The notes: a model not told the origin generated them from the sequence alone. A stretch of DNA of 61,919 nucleotides, filler included, from Jimgerdemannia flammicorona (GCA_003990765.1; 3 parts of 3 records of this genome joined end to end with filler, not necessarily neighbours in it), one strand, 5' to 3'; counted from the first letter of the whole stretch, positions 1 through 14,757 are shown. A program made the numbers and translations.

Positions 1-3000
1 CCCCCCCTACCCCTTCTCGATGAAAAACCACTTTATCAACCACCAACTCCACCCTCCCACCACTCTGCTCACAGATCCCCTCCACCAGATGGCGACATCG
101 CCCACCTTGCAGTCCCCACCCAACCCACCACCCTGTCAGCAAATCCACCACCAACTCCTCCCATCTCAATAACTTCTCCCATATTCCTACCTGTCACCCC
201 TCCTCAAAAACAAAGAGCCAATGTCCAGCCAACCCCATCCACACTGCCACAATCCATCCTATAGTAAGCCACCTATTTCCAACACCTTCCACAAGTCTAG
301 ATTCCAGATCTTCCCAGCGACCTCTCTCCCCATCTGATCTCCTTTCAACTCCAAGTCGGTCCCCTACTGCTATCCAAAAGTCCCCCAGAACCTCACACTC
401 CCCCAGCCAATGTTCTGGCATTTATACAAAGCCCCCAACTTGCCCAATATTAAAACACTCCTCACAATCTAGCTGACCACCATCCACCAGATGCCCAGCA
501 TGGAAGTTCAACATAACATTTCTCTGTAACATTTGCCACCACACTATCCAGAACTTGGGAGGAAGCCACTGCCATACCTCCATACTCCAAGACCAGATCC
601 CTGCCCAGTCCCACTCTTCACCAATCTCCACTGCCTACCAACTACTTGGCCAAAGATCCTGGCCAATTCGCCACTGACACTCCACACCATCTCCAATGTC
701 AAACTCAGTGAATGGAACTCTCCCTAGAAGCAGACAGTCCCATCACCACATAGCTGGACCCCATACCTCCTCCCCCTCATTTCCACACCAGTGCAGGCCT
801 ATCCGGTGTGCCCCATTGACCACTCCCCACTAGAAGCCCTTATACCATAGCCGCCAGCTTCTATTCAGACCCACCAAAGAGAGTAGATCCCCTGTAGACC
901 CTCGGGGGGAGACTCTCATCTCCCACACCTTCTTCATCAATGGCACCCAACCTCCACTCTGTAGATCAACAGCCCTTCTCAACCACCAAGCTCGCAGGCA
1001 GTGTAGATGCTTAGAGAAGTTAATAAGGCCCAGGCCTCTCCTAAGCACTGGCTCAATGAGGGTATCCCAACTGATCTGGGCCCTTCTACCAGCCTAAATC
1101 CAATCCCTAGCCAGTTCCATCAGCCTCTTCACCACCCAAGTGGGAAAGTCTAAGTGATATACCACATACCACAGCTTGGGGAACCAGTAAATATTCAGAA
1201 TTGCCACCCTCCCCATCAGGGAGATGTGATGACCCCCCCAACCTTTTAGAGCCCCTCCCCAAATGTCCACCCTCCTCTCCCACTATATCTGTGGTAGGAC
1301 TGAGCCATATACTGAGAGGAAGATACCTAGGTACCGCACCACCTCTCCTGTTGAGACAATTATTCCAATGACATCTCCTCCCACTAGCCCATTCCCCAGC
1401 ACTATCGTCTCACACTTATGCCAGTTGAGCTTTGCTCCAGAGTGCACCTCATACCACTCCACTGTTTCCCGAAGAGCCTCTACATCTGCTACTGATCTAA
1501 GTCCAACCACCATATCATCTGCAAAGGCCCCCACCTTCCACCCCATATCAAATACAGAGAGCCCAGTTACCCTCTTACAGATCCTGTCCATCAAAGGTTC
1601 CAAGGAGAGTGCATAAAGGATAGGGGACAGTGGGTCCCCTTGAGGGACTCCTCTCCCCAGGGGGAATGCCAAACCCCTGTAACCACTACACATCAGTGCC
1701 ACTCTACTCCCTTCCAACAAACTCAACATAGAGGCCCGAAACTGTGGCAGAATGCCAATTCTGTCCAGTACCCTGCCCAGCCAGACCTGCCAAACATGGT
1801 CATAGGCCTTCTCTTGATCCAAAAAGACCAGTCTCCCATCCAGTCTACAGGCCCAGGCTCTTTCAATAATGCCATGCACCCAGGCAGTTCCATCTCTGAT
1901 AAGTCTACCACCTACAAAGCCCCACTGCTCCTCCCCTAGCACCTGTTGAGCAACCAGCTGTAGTCTTGCAACAATCACCTTAGTCACCAACTTCCGATCC
2001 ATATCCAGAAGCATGATTGGCCTCCAGTTCTTCCAATCCTCATGCTGGCCCTTATCTTTGTACAATAGGGCAACCAGCCCTAAGTCCTGCTCACCAACCC
2101 ACATGCCACTCAGAAGAACATAGTCACAGAGGGCCGCCATCTCTCCCAGCATCCCTGGGACCTCCACCATCTTCTTCCAGAAGTCCCATGGTAACCCATC
2201 CTCTCCTGGTGCCATCCTAAGCTTAGTTGCCACCAGGATACCTTGTATCTCCTCCTCCTGGACAGGTAATATTAAGTCACCCAGCCCCTCTACCTGTGGT
2301 GGCTCCCACTCTTCCAGTGTGTTACCAATCACCTCTGCATTGGCACCCCCTTCTTCCTCACTCCACAGACCCTGCCAATTCTCCTTCAATACCCCCAGGA
2401 TCCGCTGTGTGCCATGCACCAACTCTCCCTCAGCATCCAAGATCCCATCCTACCTATGCCTCACCCGCCTGGCTTTGAGGAGCCTAGACAAGTACCTAGT
2501 AGGCTGCTCCCCCTCCTCAAGCCCCTGCCATCTAAGCCTGGCTGCCATACCTCACATATGAGTCTCCTCCTCCTCATGCAATACCTTTTGCAGTTCTACT
2601 ACCTCCAATTTCGCCCTCTCCAACCTCCAGTCCTCCACCTCATCAGATGCAAGCAAATCTGCCCACTCCAACTACAATCTCCTCAGCCTATTTGAGGCAC
2701 ACTATATTTGCCTCCTCCTCTTTCTCCCTACCTCTCTACCAGCTCCACCCCAATAAACCCTCATAGCCTCCTTCAATCTCATCCACTGGACACCCACAGA
2801 TAAACCCTCCTGCCTCCAAAGTGGAATCTTTGCCTGTATGTCCTCCACCCATGCATCCCACAACCCCTTCTCAGCCAGCAGAGAGGAGTTAAGATGCCAA
2901 TGTCTGGGTCCATCTCCACTCCCCCCAAACTGCCCCTGCCCAATCAGTCCCCAGTGATCAGACCACAGATACCACACCACCTCCAAAGTCTTCCAGACAT

Positions 3001-5781
3001 CAGCACCCCAACATTCAGCCATCAGAATCCAGTCAATCCTTGTCCCTAAGCCATTCACCTAGTGCGTGTAGACCCTGGTGTTGCCCCACTATGTTTGGCC
3101 CATATCCTCTAAGGAGCTAAGGCTTTCCACTTCCCCCCATGCATCTAGACCGCCACTCCTCCCACCAGCATTTCTTCCTCCATCAGTCCTATTCAACTGC
3201 AAATCTCAAACCATGTTAAAATCCCCACCAAGAACATCGACCCCTTCCTCCAAGAGAATGCCCTCCTCCAGTAACTTCTTAATCTATGTAATCCTCTCTT
3301 CCCTAGCTGCCGGGCAGTAACAAGAGCCCACCCTCACTAATTCCCACCCTGGCTGGTGCCATTCACCCCAGACCAATTGATCTCCCCAGTTCTTGATCCC
3401 CTCCAAATCTCCTCTACCCTTCTTTATCAGAATTGCCACCTTTCCAAACCAAGCAGTAGCCCCACCCCATTTCCTAGACCATTCTACCCGATCATCCTCA
3501 TCTTCACACCATACATCCTGCAGTAAAAAGAGATCAGCCTCCAATCTCTTTAGCTATGTAAAAATGTTCTTACACCTCCTAGATCCTCGAAGACCATTCA
3601 CATTGAGAGAGAAAATGTTAGTTATACTGTTCATAAGGAATATTGTTAAAGATGGAACCTCTCCTCTACAAATCCGCACTCAAGTTCTCCTGTGCCAAAT
3701 CCAAGATGTGTTTTGTAGCCAGTCTCTTCTTCTCAGCACCCTGTGCCTCCAATTCCTCCAGAAGTTCAACCATTGCCCCATCCTCTTTCTCCTCAAAGTC
3801 CTCCCTATACTCCCTACAGGCCTCCTGCCAGAACTGTAAACCATGGCATTCTGCCCAACAGTAGGCCACCCACTCACCTGCAACACCCACCAGCTCTGCC
3901 TTCCTCACCTCATCCACCTCATAGCCCTCTTTCTCCAGTAGTATCATAAGAATCTCCATCTGCAGTGCCTCCACCACTCTCTCACCTTACAGAGTCTGTT
4001 CCCAGTGCTCCTCTGGCATGACCCTCAGATCTACTTCCCCTAATACCTCAGCTGCAAGGTTATCCATCACCTTGCTCATCCACAGCAGATTCCCAATCTC
4101 CTTCCCTCCAGGAGTCTCTGGCCGCCCTGCATCCAGCATCATAGTATCTGCACCTACACTGGCATCCTCATTCCACTCCTCTTCTGGGACATCCACTAGC
4201 TCATCCTCACCAACAGCCACCACCTGGCCCCCTTTCACCACATCTGGGACCCCAAAGATAATCTGCTGGGCCCCCTTCATCAGTACATCTTCCACTGCCC
4301 CTCGCCACTCCACCAGGCCCCTCCTGATAAGTGGGGGGGGGGGTACTATTTGACTCCTCCTCCCAGACCTCGAAAGTACCATCCACATAGGGATCCCTGC
4401 CCAGTACCTTCACAGCCCATTCTTCAGTTACCACCACCTCCTTTCCACCTTCGCTAGCCCACACACTGGCTTTGATGCCTCCAGACCCTGCAGCCCCATC
4501 AACCTCCCTCTTCTCCCCTCCTGTCATATTCGCCAAGAGCTCCCTCTGCCTCAAGCACCCCTGGGCCTGCTCCCACTGCTTCTTGTCAGTGCAGATACGC
4601 TTCCCCTCTACAATCTCCAAGTGTGTCGACTCCTCATAGAGCCTCCAGGCCTTTGCCCTCCATTCCACTGCACCACTCATCTCCTCCAATGCCTCCAACA
4701 AATCCTCCTCCTCCTCCTCACTCCCCTTCACCCTCGACACCTTACAAATAAAGGCCCCCTACATCAATACTAAGGGCCAGTCACCAGCCTTCCCTGTGGC
4801 CTCCCTCTCTGCCAGCCGAAGCCTGACATCAACATCGCCAGTCCTAATCATTGTCCCCTCCCACACCTGGAAGCTAACATCCACCACATCTCCATACTCT
4901 GTCATCACCTCCTCTACCCTCCTCCTCATCTCCTCCTTTGTCACTGTGGGCACCCCCTTCACCAGCAGCTGCACCACCCTGGGGTCCCACCTCAAACAGC
5001 ACACCATGGGGACCACCACCTCTCCAACTGCCACTCCTGCCCTCAGAGCCTCTTCCAGTGGGCCCACCTCCTCAAAGCCCACCTCAACTCCCTCCAGACC
5101 CTTCAGGAATTTCACCAAAGCTGCCCTAGCCACCTGCTTCAAGATACATAAGCCCCAAGACCATCCTCGCCATCACCCCTAAGTCTTGGAAGCACAGAGT
5201 CACCGCAAACTCTGAGATCGACTTCTTGAGTAACAGTGCCACTGCCAGCCCCATCACACCATCAGCCAGGTCCCCCTTCTGCATCAGGAACCCCTGCCCC
5301 ACCCTGCCATCAGCCATCACATCTCTTTTTTTTTCTTGATCCCCCGTCACACTCCCATCAACAGTCACACCCCCAGCCACAGCACCACCAGCCCCTATGC
5401 TCACCGCTCCCCCCTGAGGGCCACTCTCCCTCCTGACACTAGCCTTGCCCTTCTCCTCAGTAGTGCCAACCCTTGTTCCAGTAGGCCATCTACCCACCTT
5501 CACCTTGTCGGCAAAGCTGGAGGGACCAGACCTTCCTCCAGATCCACTAGACACCGGCCCACCTCCAGTGCTCTCTCCCACCTTCGACCCTCCAAAGGCC
5601 CCTATCCCCAGGCCATACCCCCTCCCCACCTTCTGCCAGCCAAAAGCCCCAGCTCCCCCTGACCCAGTATGCCTGTCAGAACTCTTGCTTAAAAATATCG
5701 TGATAGTACCTTTTCTCCTAGTTATGTCAAAAACCATTGCTTGAAGTTTTTGTATAATGCAAATTGTACAGGAGAAAGGTG
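1..5781 (-). mobile_element. L1/Tx1-like non-LTR retrotransposon (LINE), decayed; 3' tip lies outside the window
   Basis: ORF1 about 5670-3666. ORF2 starts at 3634 with APE endonuclease motifs (SLNVNGL, LLQD, GGDFN, RIDWIL, SDH), RT motifs (WRPIMLL, FLDQEKAYD, GVPQGDPLSP, AFADD, YLG) and a C-terminal CxxC..H..C. Many in-frame stops. 5' end motif CACCTTTCTCC at about 5781. Confidence 0.95.
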
Positions 5782-6384
5782 CACTTATTTAATATACTTA
5801 TACTTCATCATATTAACTAAATATAAGTAAGCAAGCTTTATATTTACTTATTAGACTTTCTAATAATATCTGTATATATATAATGTCTATTATGAATATT
5901 GTAGATATAAAAAGAAGTCTTGATCTAGAAAAATCATATCTTTTCTTACTCTCTTTACCATAATCTCTTTATACCTAAAGATAATAAATTATATTCTAAG
6001 ATAAACAAAATATACTCTAGTATGAACAATAAGTACTAAGCTATGAATAATATATACCAAGCTATAAATAAATTATATCAGTTATATAAAACTAAGGAGC
6101 AGCAGACCATAGTTAGGCTACAGATCACAAAAGTATGCAAAACCAAAGAGTAGACTATGGACAGACCACACCAGATTATAAAGGTATATAAAACTAAGAA
6201 GTAGACCACATTATATCTGGACAAGGTCAATACAGTATGTTCATAACTTCTAACTTCAATAAGAGAGCAGCCAAATAGTAAAAGACTATATAAGATTAAG
6301 TTGAATAAGAATAAGAAAGAGTTGGTAAATAAGGTGGGAGTAGCAAATAAGATAGAGATGATAAATAATCTGAGCTTATAATTC

Positions 6385-6485
6385 AAGATAATGAGGTGTT
6401 TTTATATGGTAAGATACTTTTAGATGATGAGGTACTTCTGAATAATAAGATACTTCTAGATAATGAGATGCTTCAGGATAATAAT
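6385..6485. repeat. Degenerate 18-bp tandem repeat (GATAATGAGRTRCTTCTR-like, about 5 units)
   Basis: Units such as gataatgaggtgttttta, gatgatgaggtacttctg, aataataagatacttcta, gataatgagatgcttcag. Confidence 0.6.
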
Positions 6486-7500
6486 ATAGAGGCTCATTTG
6501 ATCAGATATATAGAATAGATAGTTAAGTAAGGTAGGAAAAGAAATAAGTAAGTTTTTTTTAAAAATGAGTTTATGAATTATAGTTTGTATATTATAGCTT
6601 ATTTATAAATATAAATTGAATTTTTATATCATAATTTAGCAGATTCATGGGCATTGGTGATTTTTGCTAAAAATACAAGATTAATTAAGTAATCTGGAAG
6701 CTTGCAGTGGATATATTTCAATATCTTTTTCTTAAAGATCTTTTTCCAAAGTGCAATAGTAATCTGAAAACAGATATTATTGTTAAAATTTTGAAGGATA
6801 TAGACTTAAAGGCCAAAGACAGCAATAGTTCAATTTATATTATAGTGAGTATTTCATTTATATTCTATTTATATATTTATTTAGTAGTTCACAAACTCAA
6901 CAATTTTCATTTTTATTAAAAAAATAGCTATACTATCAAATTATAGTCTATCATTCTTATATTTGTAAAGTCTTTGATAAAAAGTTTAATTAAATCTTCT
7001 TTAATATAGACTAGCTAAGATCTATAGCTCCAAAAGATCTTGCTCATACTTACCAACAAGTAGTACAATATTTGCAAGTCTGGAATAATTTTATTTATCT
7101 AAAGAATGATAAGAGTGAGCTCAGCAAGCTATTTTATAGCAATTATATAAAGTAACTACTTTATTTTATATTCTTTAAATAGAAATCTCAGTTTGTGAAT
7201 ATGTTTTAAAAAGACAAACATATTAACTATTATACAGTTACTATTATTTGTATATTTGTAAGTATATTTTCAAGTTTATAAATTTATATTTACTAGTATA
7301 TACTTATCTCTTTATAAAATTACTACTGAATTATATTATCTACTCTGATACCTTACTAAGAACTTTTAATAAAAGGGAATATAATAAAATATATATAAAA
7401 TAACTCAGAATGATTAACAAGATTCAAAATCATATTGATCTACTTGAGATTAAATGATCTATATAAAGATATTGACTTAGATAAAGACAACAAGATGATT

Positions 7501-7523
7501 GACATCTCTTATATTCCATTAAA

Positions 7524-7564
<41 letters not shown>

Positions 7565-7577
7565 CATCTCTTATATT
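7501..7577 (+). mobile_element. Tail-only retroposed insertion: 9 nt plus poly(A), with a 15-bp TSD
   Basis: GACATCTCTTATATT at 7501-7515 and 7563-7577 flanks CCATTAAAC plus a poly(A) run. Confidence 0.85.
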
Positions 7578-7989
7578 TCTCTTTCATTGAATAAGAATGA
7601 TCTGATATAAGAAAGAGATAAGCAGAATATAGAGCAGAATATATAGTAGGAGAAACTGTTAGCAGAAGAAGAAAGTACTTATAGAAGAGAAGTATCTATA
7701 GAGAAAAATATTTATAAGAGTATTTGTAAATAAAAAAAGAAATAAAATGATCTTTTTTAGAAATTTAACCTTATGTTCACCCATTGTTTGCAAGCTATTT
7801 ATATTTGTAAAATATAAGTTTATGCTCATATTAAAGAGTTTATATATATAGAATATATATATATATTTCTGTCTATAAAATATATTTAAGTTTACAATAT
7901 ACTATTGTAAATATTTACTTGAATTTATAGATCTTTGATGAATATACTTAGAACTGAATTATTTTTTTATAATAAGTGATTAAGATCTA

Positions 7990-8885
7990 AAATTCACAAG
8001 TTATTTCTAATAGATATTATTTAAGATACTAGAGCTCAACAAGCTCTAAACAGCATACTATCTACAAACTAATAGACAAACTGAGTAAGCAAACCAGACT
8101 CTTGAACAGATATTAAGAAACTATATTTCTTATAAATAAGATAATTGGAAATAATATCTTATTTTTATAGAGTTTGTTTACAATAACTCAGTATAAGTCT
8201 CAACAGACTTTATATCTTTCAAGTTGCTATATAATTAAGATGTACAAACTCTATTAAGTCTACTTGCTCAAGTTGAGAAAGAACTCTCTAAAGTTCCTAC
8301 TATCTAAGATCTCATTGATGATATAGTTATAATAATTCAAGTTATGAAAGATAACTTACTTAAGATCCAGATATGATAAGCTAAATATATCAACACTAAG
8401 AGATAGAAGATTGAATTCAAGATTGGCAATCAAGTACTCTTATCTACTATAAATCTCAATTTGATATCTTAAGTTAATTGCTCTTTTAAGAAACTTAAGA
8501 AAGATACATTAGTCTCTATAAGATACTTGAATAAGAATTCTCTACAGTATATAAGTTAATACTACCACAGACCATCTACATATATTCTATTTCATCTTTT
8601 ATATCTCTTTGTTTAAGTCATACTATGATAGTCTGCACAAGTATTTGAACTAGACTCCTTAGTTATCAGTATCTCTTTTGATTAATAGTCATATTAAGTA
8701 TATAGTTGAGAAGATTCTTGAAAAATGTATATATTATAATTATACTGAGTATCTTGTCAAATGGGTAGACTATTCTAAGTATAATTATACTTAAGAATAT
8801 ATTGAAAATCTCAAAAAAAAATACTTAATAAGCTCTTTACAAATATGAATATTAAGAATAATATTCCCTCTTAAGTAGAGGAGAA
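7990..8885 (+). pseudogene. Ty3/Gypsy (chromovirus-like) integrase core plus chromodomain, heavily mutated
   Basis: Relic of TAYHPQTDGQTERxNQTLEQILRNY...EFxYNNS. Chromodomain relic Y.VEKIL...EYLVKW.DY.....T(W)E..ENL at about 8700-8810. Purine tract AAGTAGAGGAGAA immediately before TG at 8886. Confidence 0.8.
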
Positions 8886-9420
8886 TGTAATAATTCTCTA
8901 TATTCTATTTTTTCTTTTTACTGAATTATCATCTCTTTTTTGTCATATTACTCAGTAGAACATTCCAGAATAACTTAGAATAGTACAGAATTACTTAGTT
9001 ATTATTAAGAATCTATTTCTTAAATAGTTCTTTTAAGATTTTATTAATTACTAATTAATACTTAGTAATTCTCTATAATATTCTATCAAGTTCTACTAAG
9101 TATAACTTATTGCTTAGTACATATCTAGCTTAATAATATTTTATCTGTTTTTTTGTTCTTTCTATTTTTCTTATATAAATATCCTATCTAAATACTTTGA
9201 TAAAGCTTAGTATAGTTATTTATTGTACTTTTACTCAAATCCTCTGAAGGCAATAGAACTTCTCAAGTTTAATTCTTAAATCTAGTTATATATTTCTATC
9301 TGAACATTTGCTAATATATAGTCTAAGTCTCAGATTTTATCTGACTTAACTATATCAAAGTACTCTTATACTTCTATAAGTATAATTATTCTCTATAATA
9401 TATATATATTTATTATAAGA
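8886..9420 (+). repeat. 3' LTR of the chromovirus-like element
   Basis: Starts TGTAA right after the PPT. 9060-9420 aligns with the reverse complement of about 32870-33205. Right end is approximate. Confidence 0.7.
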
Positions 9421-9784
9421 ACCATTAATTCAGATAGTTAATACTCATCTCTGATAAGATATTTATGACTTATGAAAAATACAATCTCAAGTTCAGCCTT
9501 TTAGTAGATTCAATTGATAGAATATTCAATCTCAATCTTACTTGACAAGTAAAGTTCAAGAAGTATATAGTTAATCAGATCTATATAGATCCTATTTTTG
9601 AAAATTATCTTTATATACCATAACTATAGATTATATTATATATTGAAGATACTATAAAGTTTAGTCCAAATATGTTAACTAAAGATGTTAGATAGAAGAA
9701 TAGCAGCTTTTGCTATTATTATAGTAAGTTTATCTAAGTTAATATTTTTTACTTATAGATTATATATAAGAGAGTACTTGTTAA

Positions 9785-10215
9785 AGTACTATTATATATT
9801 CTGGAAAGGTTTTTCTAGAAGTTCTGGATATTCTGAAAAACTGTTTTCTTAAGATCAAAATTAATTTCATATAGAATATATCCTCTATACTTATTGATTT
9901 CAAGATTAGATTGATATCTCAAATAAAGTTCTTTTCTCATACTTATTCTAAGTGTTTAGAATTTTTCTTATTTCAGAAAGTTTAAGAAACTAAGACCAAC
10001 TTAGTTGAATTAATATATCACTGCAGACAATACTCAATTAGGAAATTTCTGAATCTAGTTAGAAGTGGAATCTAATATAGTATAGATTTACTTAAAAGTG
10101 ATTTGTGAGTTATTAAATAGGCTTATTTACTATTTATAATATTACTATTAGCTAATACTAGGAATAGTATATGAAGAGATATTTATGTAAGAAGTATTCA
10201 TTGAATTCTTATCTG
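9785..10215 (-). repeat. Partial, more decayed copy of LTR family A (U5/R side only)
   Basis: Colinear with about 16560-16980 (e.g. gatttcaagat, aagaaactaagacca, tatcactgcagacaatac, caattaggaaatttc). Differences are mostly C>T/G>A. Confidence 0.85.
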
Positions 10216-10244
10216 AGTTCTTATCTTAGAGAAGTTTACTAAAC

Positions 10245-13200
10245 TAAGATCTCCTCTATTTACTAATATTACTAAAGTCTCTCATCCTATCTGATACTAT
10301 TTTTCAGCCCAGATCTAGTTCTTAGCCAACTTCAATAATTGCTTCACTACCCAGACTAGAAAGATCAAATAATAAGCCAGGTATCATAACTTCAGCAACT
10401 AATAAATATTCAGTATCAATACTCACTCAGCTAGAGAGATATGATATTCTCCTCTAGCTCTAAAAGACTACTCTCAATCTGCCACTTTACCCTCTCACCA
10501 AACTCTGGACAGAACAGATCCATATACTAATAAGAGGATACTCAGATATCTCATAGCTTCTCCAGTAAGAACAATTGTTCCAATGATATCTCTATCTATT
10601 AGTCTATTTTCAATATCATTGTCTCACACTTATATCAATTGAGCTTTACCCCAGAATACTTCTCATACCATTCTACCATCTCTCTCAGTACTCTAATATC
10701 TGCAACCAAGCTAAGACTAATCACTATATTATCTGTGAAGACCCCAACCTTCTACACTATTCTAAAGACTAAAAGTCTAGTTACCTTATAGTGAATTATA
10801 TTCATTAATGATTCTAGTAATAGAGTATACAAAATAGGTAACAATGGGTCTCTCTGAGGAATACTTCTCTCCAATGGAAATGTGACACTATAATGACCAT
10901 TACACATAAGAGTTGCCTGACTACCCTCTAGCAGACTAATTATCAAAACCCAGAATTACTAGAGAATACTAATTCTGTCTAGTATCTTTCATACCTAAAC
11001 TATCTAAACACAATTCTTGGTCTTCTTCTGATTTAGAAAGACCAACCTCTCATCTAATCTACTAGTTTTTATTCTCTCAATTATACTATATACTCAGACT
11101 GTCCCATCTCTAATAAGCTGGCCTCTAACAAAATTACACAGCTCCTCACTCAGTATCTGTTAGACCACTCTCTGCAGCTATATAGCAATTACCCTCATAA
11201 CTAGCTTCTGTCTATATCCAGAAGTATAATCAGTCATCAGTTCTTTCAATTCTCTCTCCTGCCTTTGTTCTTGAATAGCAGTACCACCAGACTAAGATCC
11301 TGCTCTCCAATCCACTCTCTAGTCAAGAGAATATAATTATAAAGTACAACTATTTCCCACAATACCTCAGAAATCTCTACTATTTTCTTTTAAAGTCCCA
11401 GAACAGACCATTCTCACTCAGTACCATGTCCAATTTTGTGGCAACCAGGATCTATAGAATCTCTTCCTCCTTAATTAACAGAACTAGATCTCTAAGGCCA
11501 TCTATCTGAGGGAGCCACCAATTCTCCAGAGTATATTCTATAGCCTCAGCATCAGTGTCTCCTTCCTTCTTACTTTACAGACTTCCTCATCTTCTCTTCA
11601 GAGAGCTCAAGATCTGCTAAGTACTATATATCAGTATACTCTCAGTATCTAAAATTCTATCTTACTACTATTATACTCTCTTTGTCTGAAAAAGCCATAA
11701 CAGATACTTAGAAGGCTGCTTGCTCTCCTTGAGCTCCTGCCACCTCAACCTAGCTGCCATCTCCTTTATACAAGTCTTCTCCTCTCCTCTCAACACTCTC
11801 TGCAACTTCACTATCTCAAACTGAACCTATTCTGGTCTCTAATTGTCCACTACCTTCTGGCTCAACAGGTCAGCCCATTCTATTAGCAATCTGGCCAACT
11901 TATCAGAGGTCTACCTTATCTTTCTTCATCTCTCCTTCTCAATAAACCTACTAGCCTCCCTCTAATATACTCTAGCAGCTTTCTTTAATCTCACCTAATA
12001 GACCTCTACTGAGAGCCCCTCATAGTTCTAATAAGCAATCTTCAACTTAATGATCTCTGCTCAAGTATTGCACAACTTCTTCTCAGCTAGCAAAGAGGAA
12101 TTGAGTCACCAATATCCAGGCCCATCTTTACTCTCTTCAAACTGACTATACCTCAATAGTTTCTAATGATCTGATCATAGATACTATACAATCTCCAAGT
12201 CTTTCAAATATCTAATCCCTAGTAGTCAGCTATTAGAATTTAGTCAATCTATATTCCAAGTCTATTTACTCAATATATATAGATCTGACAGTTACCCTAT
12301 AATACTCTACTAGTATCTACTAAGGAGCCAAGCCTCTCCACATCCTCCCAAATAGTCAGATCTCTACTACAGCCTCTAGTGCCTCTCTCCTGATCAGTTC
12401 TATCTAATATCACATTCTGAACCATATTGAAGTTACTCCTAAGTATATTAACTCCTGCCTTAGCCAGTATACCACAATCAAGAAGCCTATCTAACTAATC
12501 TGGAAAAAAATCTAGATAGATGGTAGACTGAGTTGTGGGAAGAGCATGAGGCCTAGTGATCTGACTAATAGTGTAATAGGCCTGACAGTGGCCCCATTAC
12601 TCAAGAAGTTGATCTTGGAGTTTATAGTTACTTTGTACTTCTGAGGCTTGGTCTTAATATAGTTGTCCTATACTATCAGATAATAACAAGAGTTAATAAC
12701 AACAGACTCTCACTCTGACTAATACTATTCTCTCTAGACCAATTGGCCACCCTAGCCTCCAATCTCACAAAGATCACCTTTACTATATTATACTAAAATT
12801 CCAATCTAGTTCCTCTAAACCACTATACTGCCCCACTTCTTATTCACTTCTGTCCATTTAAGTCCTTCTTCTAGTATATATCCTGCAAAAGAAAAATATT
12901 GACCTCCAGACTCTTTAGCTAAGAAAAATGTTTCTATATCTCTCAGAGCCCCTCAAGCTATTCATATTTAGTGAGAAAATGTTAGTTATACTATTTATAA
13001 GAAATAATGTTATAGGATTGGCCCAGCCTTTCAAAATTCTACACTTATCTCCTCCCAAGCCAAGTCCAGACTATACTCTACTATAGTCTCTACCAACTCA
13101 GCCTTCCTCACCTCTAGTCTAACCAGAATCTCAGTAATCATCTCATCATTCTTCTCCTCTATATTCTCTTTATATTACTTATATGCCTTCTATCAGTATT

Positions 13201-14757
13201 ATAGGCCATACTATTGTTTAAACCAGAAAGCAGCTCTCTCTTCTATTATTGCCACTAATTTAGTCTCTTTAGTCTCATTAATCTCATAATCTTCCTTCTC
13301 CAGCAAGCAGCCAGCACCTAAGTCTTTAGTTTCTCTACTAGTTTATCTTCTCTCAATACTTGTTCCTATTTTTTCTTACTGACTACTTATAAGTCTATCT
13401 CTTTTAGCTCCTTAGTAGTTAAGCTATTTATTATCTTGATCATCTATATTAAGTTCTTAATACTTTCTACCAGGAGTCACTAGTCTCCTCTCCTCTATAT
13501 TATAATATCAGCATCTGTACTTGCCAACTCATCCCACTCCTTCTCAGAGATATTCTATAGCTTATCTTCTACAATATCAATCATCTGTCTACTCTTTGTG
13601 ATATTGGGTACTTCAAATCAGACTCTCTATATATCTCTCATCTTTATATCCACCTCATTCTCCTTATCCTGAGCACCAACCCTCACTTTCAGTCTCTTCT
13701 CCTTACAGACTTTAAGCATATCTTCATTATAGAGCTGCTTGTCTCTAGTCTCTCTACTCTTCACCATACTCCCCAGTATCTCTCCAATACTATTTTCAGC
13801 CTAAGTACTTGCTGTTGACCTATCTGAGACTCTACTAGCTACAATATTAGACCTATTCATCAAATCTACCAATAGCTTCTTCTACTACTTCCTCTTCTGA
13901 GCCTTCTTCTACAATAACTTATCTATCTACAACCTCTTTCTATTCACTATCTTTAAGTATATTGAAGTCTCATAAGCTATCCATATTACTATCTGATACT
14001 CTACTACACCACTGAGCTCATATTCTTCTTCTTCTCTATACTCACCTCTACTCTTAATATCTTATATATAAATACTCCTTACATCATTACCATAGACTAG
14101 TTCTGAGTCTTCCCAGTAGCCTCCCTCTCTGCAAGTCTGAGCCAGATATCTATATCTCTAATCTATCTCTAGTTCTGAAAGAGATTTCCTCTCAGACCCA
14201 GAATCTAATATCTATAATATCTCTATATTCTACCATTACCTCTGTCACTCTCTACTTTGTCTCTATAGCTGTCACTATAGGCACCTCTTTTACCAAAAGA
14301 TAGACTATCCTGGGGTTCCATCTCAAGTAGTATATTATTGATATTACTATCTCTCTAAGTATCAATCTAGTCTTCAATACTTCCTCTAGTAACCCTATCT
14401 TCTCAAAGCTTATCTTAACTCTCTCCAGTCTCTATAAGAACTTCACTGAAGTCACTCTAGCTATCTGTTTTGAGATTAGTCCCAGAACCATCTTTACAGT
14501 CACCATTAGTCTACTGAAGTAAATATGATAGTAAATTTTAAAATTGATATCTTGAGTAATAGTACTATTAACAGACTTATTATATTATCTACCAGATCTC
14601 CTTATCTTTCTTAGCCTACTTGCTCAGCTCTGCCATTAGCTATTATATCTGAATTTTTTTCCAGTAATATATTACTATTATCTTTTCTCTAAAAACTATA
14701 TTGAAAGTATTATTAGAAGTTTGTATATATAGTATGATTGATACTGAAGAAAAGGTG
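10245..14757 (-). mobile_element. Older, heavily mutated copy of the L1/Tx1-like LINE; 3' truncated, with a deletion in 5' ORF1
   Basis: Colinear with 1-5781 and 46372-52282. RT relic FPLERSIPQRDPLLPILY (10752-10946). Endonuclease start near 12995. 5' end AAAGGTG at about 14757. Confidence 0.85.

Noticed and set aside
6078..6919. Short hydrophobic ORFs in AT-rich DNA (6078-6386, 6707-6919, also 44474-44674)
   Set aside because: Their composition reflects mutated, low-complexity repeat DNA, and they have no recognisable motifs.
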